A DNA stretch of 64,000 nt from Lama guanicoe. Its lineage: Eukaryota. The DNA is taken from the NCBI GenBank assembly GCA_013239625.1, contig MU055600.1, positions 21,403,520-21,467,519 of the forward strand, given 5' to 3'. Position 1 is the first letter of the stretch. Each line of letters opens with the position of its first letter. Shown piece after piece: positions 59,672 to 64,000 of this stretch. Below the pieces are notes generated by a model. It was not told where the DNA came from, made no database searches, and saw nothing but the letters and a program-made list of their open reading frames with translations. The translations under genes were made by a program, and so were the position numbers.

Positions 59672-59999
59672 GCTCTGAGGTCAGTTATAGCCAGCAACCT
59701 GTTACCTGTCAGGTGGGACCCTCTTCCGCTCCCGTACCTGAAAGGCCATCTCAGATACAGCTTCGCTTCCTGGAGAAGAAAGGGGCAGAGCAGAGAGGGA
59801 GACGAGTTGGGGGGCCCGCAGGGAGCTGGGCAGAACGTGGGGGTGCGGGAGGGAGGCAGGGAGGGGTGGATGGGAGGGAAGGGGAGGCAGAGCTGAGGGG
59901 GGAGAGCACCGCCCCCCCCCGCGGCCTCCCCCACCACCATGCGGAAGCAGATGCGTTGGGAGGAGGTGCGGACACATCTTGGGAGCCGGGGTGTGCTCT

Positions 60000-60520
60000 C
60001 TGAAATGTCAGCAGAAATAAACCTGGCTAATCCTCCACGATGGCCCGTCACATTAATCTCCCTGAGATTCCAAGCGGATTAAAATAACCACGAGCATGAC
60101 ACCACTTGGAAGGCCGGGGATTTACTTGGAAGCAGTGCCCCACTGGCGAGCATTCCTCTAATTGCTGCTTCGTATAAATAGAGTGTTCTTTAATATCGCC
60201 ACCGGCCCTGGCTGACAGATTTAGAAGGGAGCTGTCGGAGTCGTCAGTGCCCCAGCCGTGGTAAACCGAGGCTCTGGTCGGGCTGTAAATGGGATTCTCG
60301 CGGGCCGATCAATCTGACCAAAGCCGCCAGCGTTGCCTGTTGATCTGCAAAGTCCTCGGTGGCTACGGCTTCCCAGAATTGTGCTTGCATCTGTCAGAAT
60401 TATAAGCAGCTGGCAGCTGATGCAAAGGTCAGATTTGCTGCTAGTGTGGAAACAGAATTTCCCCAGCACCAGAAATGCTACTTGGCAGCGTGTCCACTGC
60501 AGGAGGGTCATTAGGGGAGG
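60000..60520. promoter_or_regulatory. Candidate enhancer / conserved non-coding element
   Basis: CTAATCC, ATTAATCT, GGATTA (K50 homeodomain-type), CTAATTG, TGACAG. Confidence 0.45.
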
Positions 60521-63500
60521 AGTGTGTGTTGCAGCCTCAGGTGCCTGGAGCCGGCTTCCTCTGTCAGCCCACACTGGACACACAGGCAGGTGCTCAGATG
60601 GGCGACACTAGACAGCAGTCAGTCCCCAGCGAGCGCTTCAGCGCCCTCATCATAAGGCGGTTTTCTAACAAGTGCTTGCAGGCGCCTGCTGACTCGGGCG
60701 CTGTTCCAGGCACGGCGTACACTCGGTGAAGACCTCTTACTGGTGGGCTGGTGGCCTTGGACATACTATTTCCTGGCTCTGCTGAGCCTCAGGTTGGCCG
60801 TCTTTAGCCTGGGGACAGTATCTCCTACTTCAGAGAGCGTTTAGGGACCTAATTTCATCAGGCCTTAGGTGCTGGGGCAGCTCGCACTCCAGGTACACTC
60901 TCCGTAACTCGTGTCAGACGCCCGTCAGGAAAGGACAGGCCCAGATCCAGAGAGGCCACCCCGTGAGGAGTGCGTAAAGGTCTAAATCCCGGAGTCCCGA
61001 GCCGTGGGGACGCGGGCTGCATTGGAAGGGCAGACCTGGTCTGGGGGGCGGTTCACAGCACAGGCAGCTTCCGGGGTCTGTGGGCCACCTGAACGCATCC
61101 CCAGTCGGAGTGGGCCCCAGAGAAGCAGGTCCTGCCCCACCCAGGGAGAGGCGTCAGGGAGAGGCGGGTCCCAGAGCCCCCTGCCGCCCGGCTCAGGCGG
61201 GGCGGGCCAGGAGGGAGCCAGGTGGTCTCCTGGACTTCGTTCTGCTCTGTTTCATCAGCTGGAAGGCTCCTCCCCTCTCCAACGAGTCTGGAACCTATTC
61301 TCTGTCAGGAATCGGGTCCGGGGTAAGCCAAGCAGTTCTTGGTTGAGATGGCTCACGAGATGACATCAGACGCCATCGGCAAGTCAGTTTTGGGCATTGT
61401 GACAAAGTGCCACCCAAACTCAAATTCACTTAAAATCCGTCTCAACAAGGTGGCTTCTGGAAGAGTCAGCCGAGGCTTTGTCCCATCCCAGCTGCTGGCA
61501 CGTCCCTCCCTGGGGTGAGTCCTGTGTCTGCACCGCACGCTCCGTGCTTGGAAGTCCTGTTCCGTCCTGCAGCTCCAAGCCTCACTCACGTCAGCCTGCG
61601 GCTGCTCGGCTTGGCTCGGCTGAACGGAAGGACTGTGAGCTTTGCATCCCTCCGGCCTGGGAGGGCACCCCCGTCCGCTCCGCCCAGCCGTCCCCCACTC
61701 CTAGGGCCGCCCTTTCACACATGACGTTGGGGTGGTCTTATCATCTGTGACCCCGGCGGTTATGATTGGCAGCTCTTTTTCTTTATTACGTGTAAAAGCA
61801 TGGTATGTCTCACGATCTACGAAGTCTTGGATTTGATGAATTAAGGGTCTGGCCTTGGTAAGTCCCCTCTGTGAACCTGCTTCCAACAACTGTAAACTGG
61901 CAGGGCTGTTGTGAAGCCGAAACAAGAGGCCCGTGGGGAAGGCGCCTGCCCGGGGCAGTCCCCGAGGGTGGGAGGACCCGAATGCTGCTAGCCGTCTCCG
62001 CGGCTTCTCAGTGAGGAGGAAGATTCCAGAAGTCCTGACTCTGGCTCTGGCGCTGGGACCACCCCCACGCCCTGTCTGTCCCTCTGACTCGTCTGTGTGA
62101 TGTCAGCTTTGAAGTGATTGCATGTGAGGCTCAAAAAGAATTTCCCAAAATTACACATAGGTATAAAATGAAGGGAGAAAAGGGCCGTTTCCCGTCAGGT
62201 TGAAAATGGCAGAGTGAAGCGGGACTGCCCCTCCTCTGGCCACACATCTGCGCTCTGACGCGGTTTTCAGTCCCCAGGAGTATCTCCTATAGGCAGAAAG
62301 CAGCCCTTCAAGGGACAAATAGTGGAGCCAGACACCACAGGAAAGGAGCCCGGACCGGGAGGCAGGGGATCCAGGACCAAAGGGCGCTGGCTGTGTGAGT
62401 GGCCGTCCTGTGCCTGCCTGGGCCTCAGCGTCCCCTTCTGCAAAGTGGGCGGGCGCGTAGGACAATCCTCACCCACCGGCCACCCTTTGACAAACGAAGA
62501 TCAATAGATTAACTTGGGAGAAGGAAATCTTCTGTGTTTAAAAAAAAAAGTTTTATATTTCTGTTTCGATGCCCTGCACAAATACACCCGACTGCCCGTG
62601 AGCACGTGATGCAGCCACACATGCGTGTGCGCGTCTCCCTTTTGCTCTTCCTCTTGCTGCTCGGCCCCTGTCCTCACTCTGGGAGACCCTGCAGGACCTT
62701 TCTCGCTCTGCTGGTCATATTTCTGGGGCCAGAAAAATTCCGGGGAAAGGAAAGCAAACAGCGCCGTGGGGTTGCGGTTACCCGTGGTGCTGACAGTGAG
62801 TCGGGCTCTGGGGGGTGGTCCTCGCTTGCCCCAAGGGATAATGAGTTCGCCTGGCCTCTGGCCGTCTGCCTCCCTTCCCCCTGACTCTGACCAGCACCCC
62901 CACCCTAATTCCAGAGCAGGTCAGAACTCGGATCTGACAGTCAGGCCGTATCTCAGTTTGGCCTCCCAGCTCCCCATCCTTCATGGAATCCAGGGATCAG
63001 GAACCCCCAGAATCACTGGGACCAGCCCTCGATCAAGGCAAGCAGTGGTCCATCCTCCCGGGAAAACATCTGGAAAGCTCGTCCCGCCCAGCTTCCTGCA
63101 GGGAGCGAGGGCTGGGCACGCCCAGACTCCTCAGGCCAGCTGGCTCATTTCCTCCACCTCAGAAACCTCTGGAAGCCGGGATGCCCACGTCCTGGCTCAA
63201 CTCTTAGCCATCGGTTCAGCCAGGAACCACTCTTTTCAGGCGAGAGAAAGCAAAGCAAACATAGAAAGTTCAGCTGGACGAATAAGCAACTCACAGAAGA
63301 AATAGGGCGGCCAAGAAACACAGGAAGGTATTTTCCATCTTGGAAGACAGCAAGGAACCCAAACGACACACTGATCTGCCCTTGGCAACTCTGCGGGGAC
63401 AAGGCTGAAGGGGGTGTCTGTCTGGAGCAGCAGGTCCTCTGGGGGGAGAGGCCTGGGCACAAGCTCTCCGGAGAGCAAGGCGGCAGCGCGAGGCGGACTC

Positions 63501-64000
63501 GCGGGCACGCGGCCCCGGACTCGGCCATTCTGCTCCGGGGGCCGTCGCACCCCGGGGTAACCGCGAATGGACACGAATGTCTGAATTCAGGAATGCTCGC
63601 TGAAATGAGAAAGAACCTTCTTGTCCATCCAGAGGGGATTCGGGAATTAACTGTGGCACATCTGTACGGTGGGATCCTATTAGGATCCGAGGTGTGCCTT
63701 GTACACTTCAGCGTAAAGAGATGCTCCTGGTATGTTGTCGGGTGGGACCGGCAACTTGGCCCACACAGGCATCAGTGCGCCCAGGAGGGCGGCCTTTCAC
63801 GGCCGTGAAAGCAGGAGGCAGCATGGCAGACCACAGGTCAACGGGCTTCTGGGTGACTTACAACATTTTAGCTACAACTTCTGATTTTTTTTAAAACATA
63901 AGCAGGTATTACTTATGGAAACAGTAAGCAGCGGCCAGCCCAAGGAAGGGCTCCCGGGCGCCGGGGAGGGCGGCCGGGAGGGCCTCCGGCAGAGCCTGCC

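Noticed and set aside
1-64000. Naming the locus (e.g. MN1, ZNF423 or BCL11B deserts)
   Set aside because: The architecture is compatible with several loci and I recognised no exon or element to anchor it. It needs a synteny search.

Overview
This window is mammalian, GC-rich, non-coding genomic DNA, not prokaryotic. A tRNA-Ala-derived SINE at 7342-7500 resembles the camelid Vic-1 family, which suggests camel or alpaca. I found no recognisable protein-coding gene, and the long ORFs look like GC-rich or repeat-derived artefacts. The window holds many ancient eutherian repeats (MIR, L2, L3/CR1, MER5/20/53/58, MLT1 LTRs, L1 fragments, one ERV-type solo LTR). Between them lie about 20 repeat-free AT-rich islands dense in homeodomain, POU, TCF and FOX words, a pattern typical of a gene desert or long intron near a developmental regulator. 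The locus cannot be named from the sequence. There are two assembly gaps. The most notable observations are a ~303-bp tandem duplication across an LTR boundary, two islands 13.6 kb apart with shared ordered words, an octamer cluster, AT-to-GC erosion of old repeats, a strong minus-strand splice acceptor with a downstream AATAAA, and a recursive-splice-like AG|GT site. Repeat families were recognised by eye from remembered consensus sequences, so boundaries are approximate. I cannot support a claim of a wholly new biological system here.
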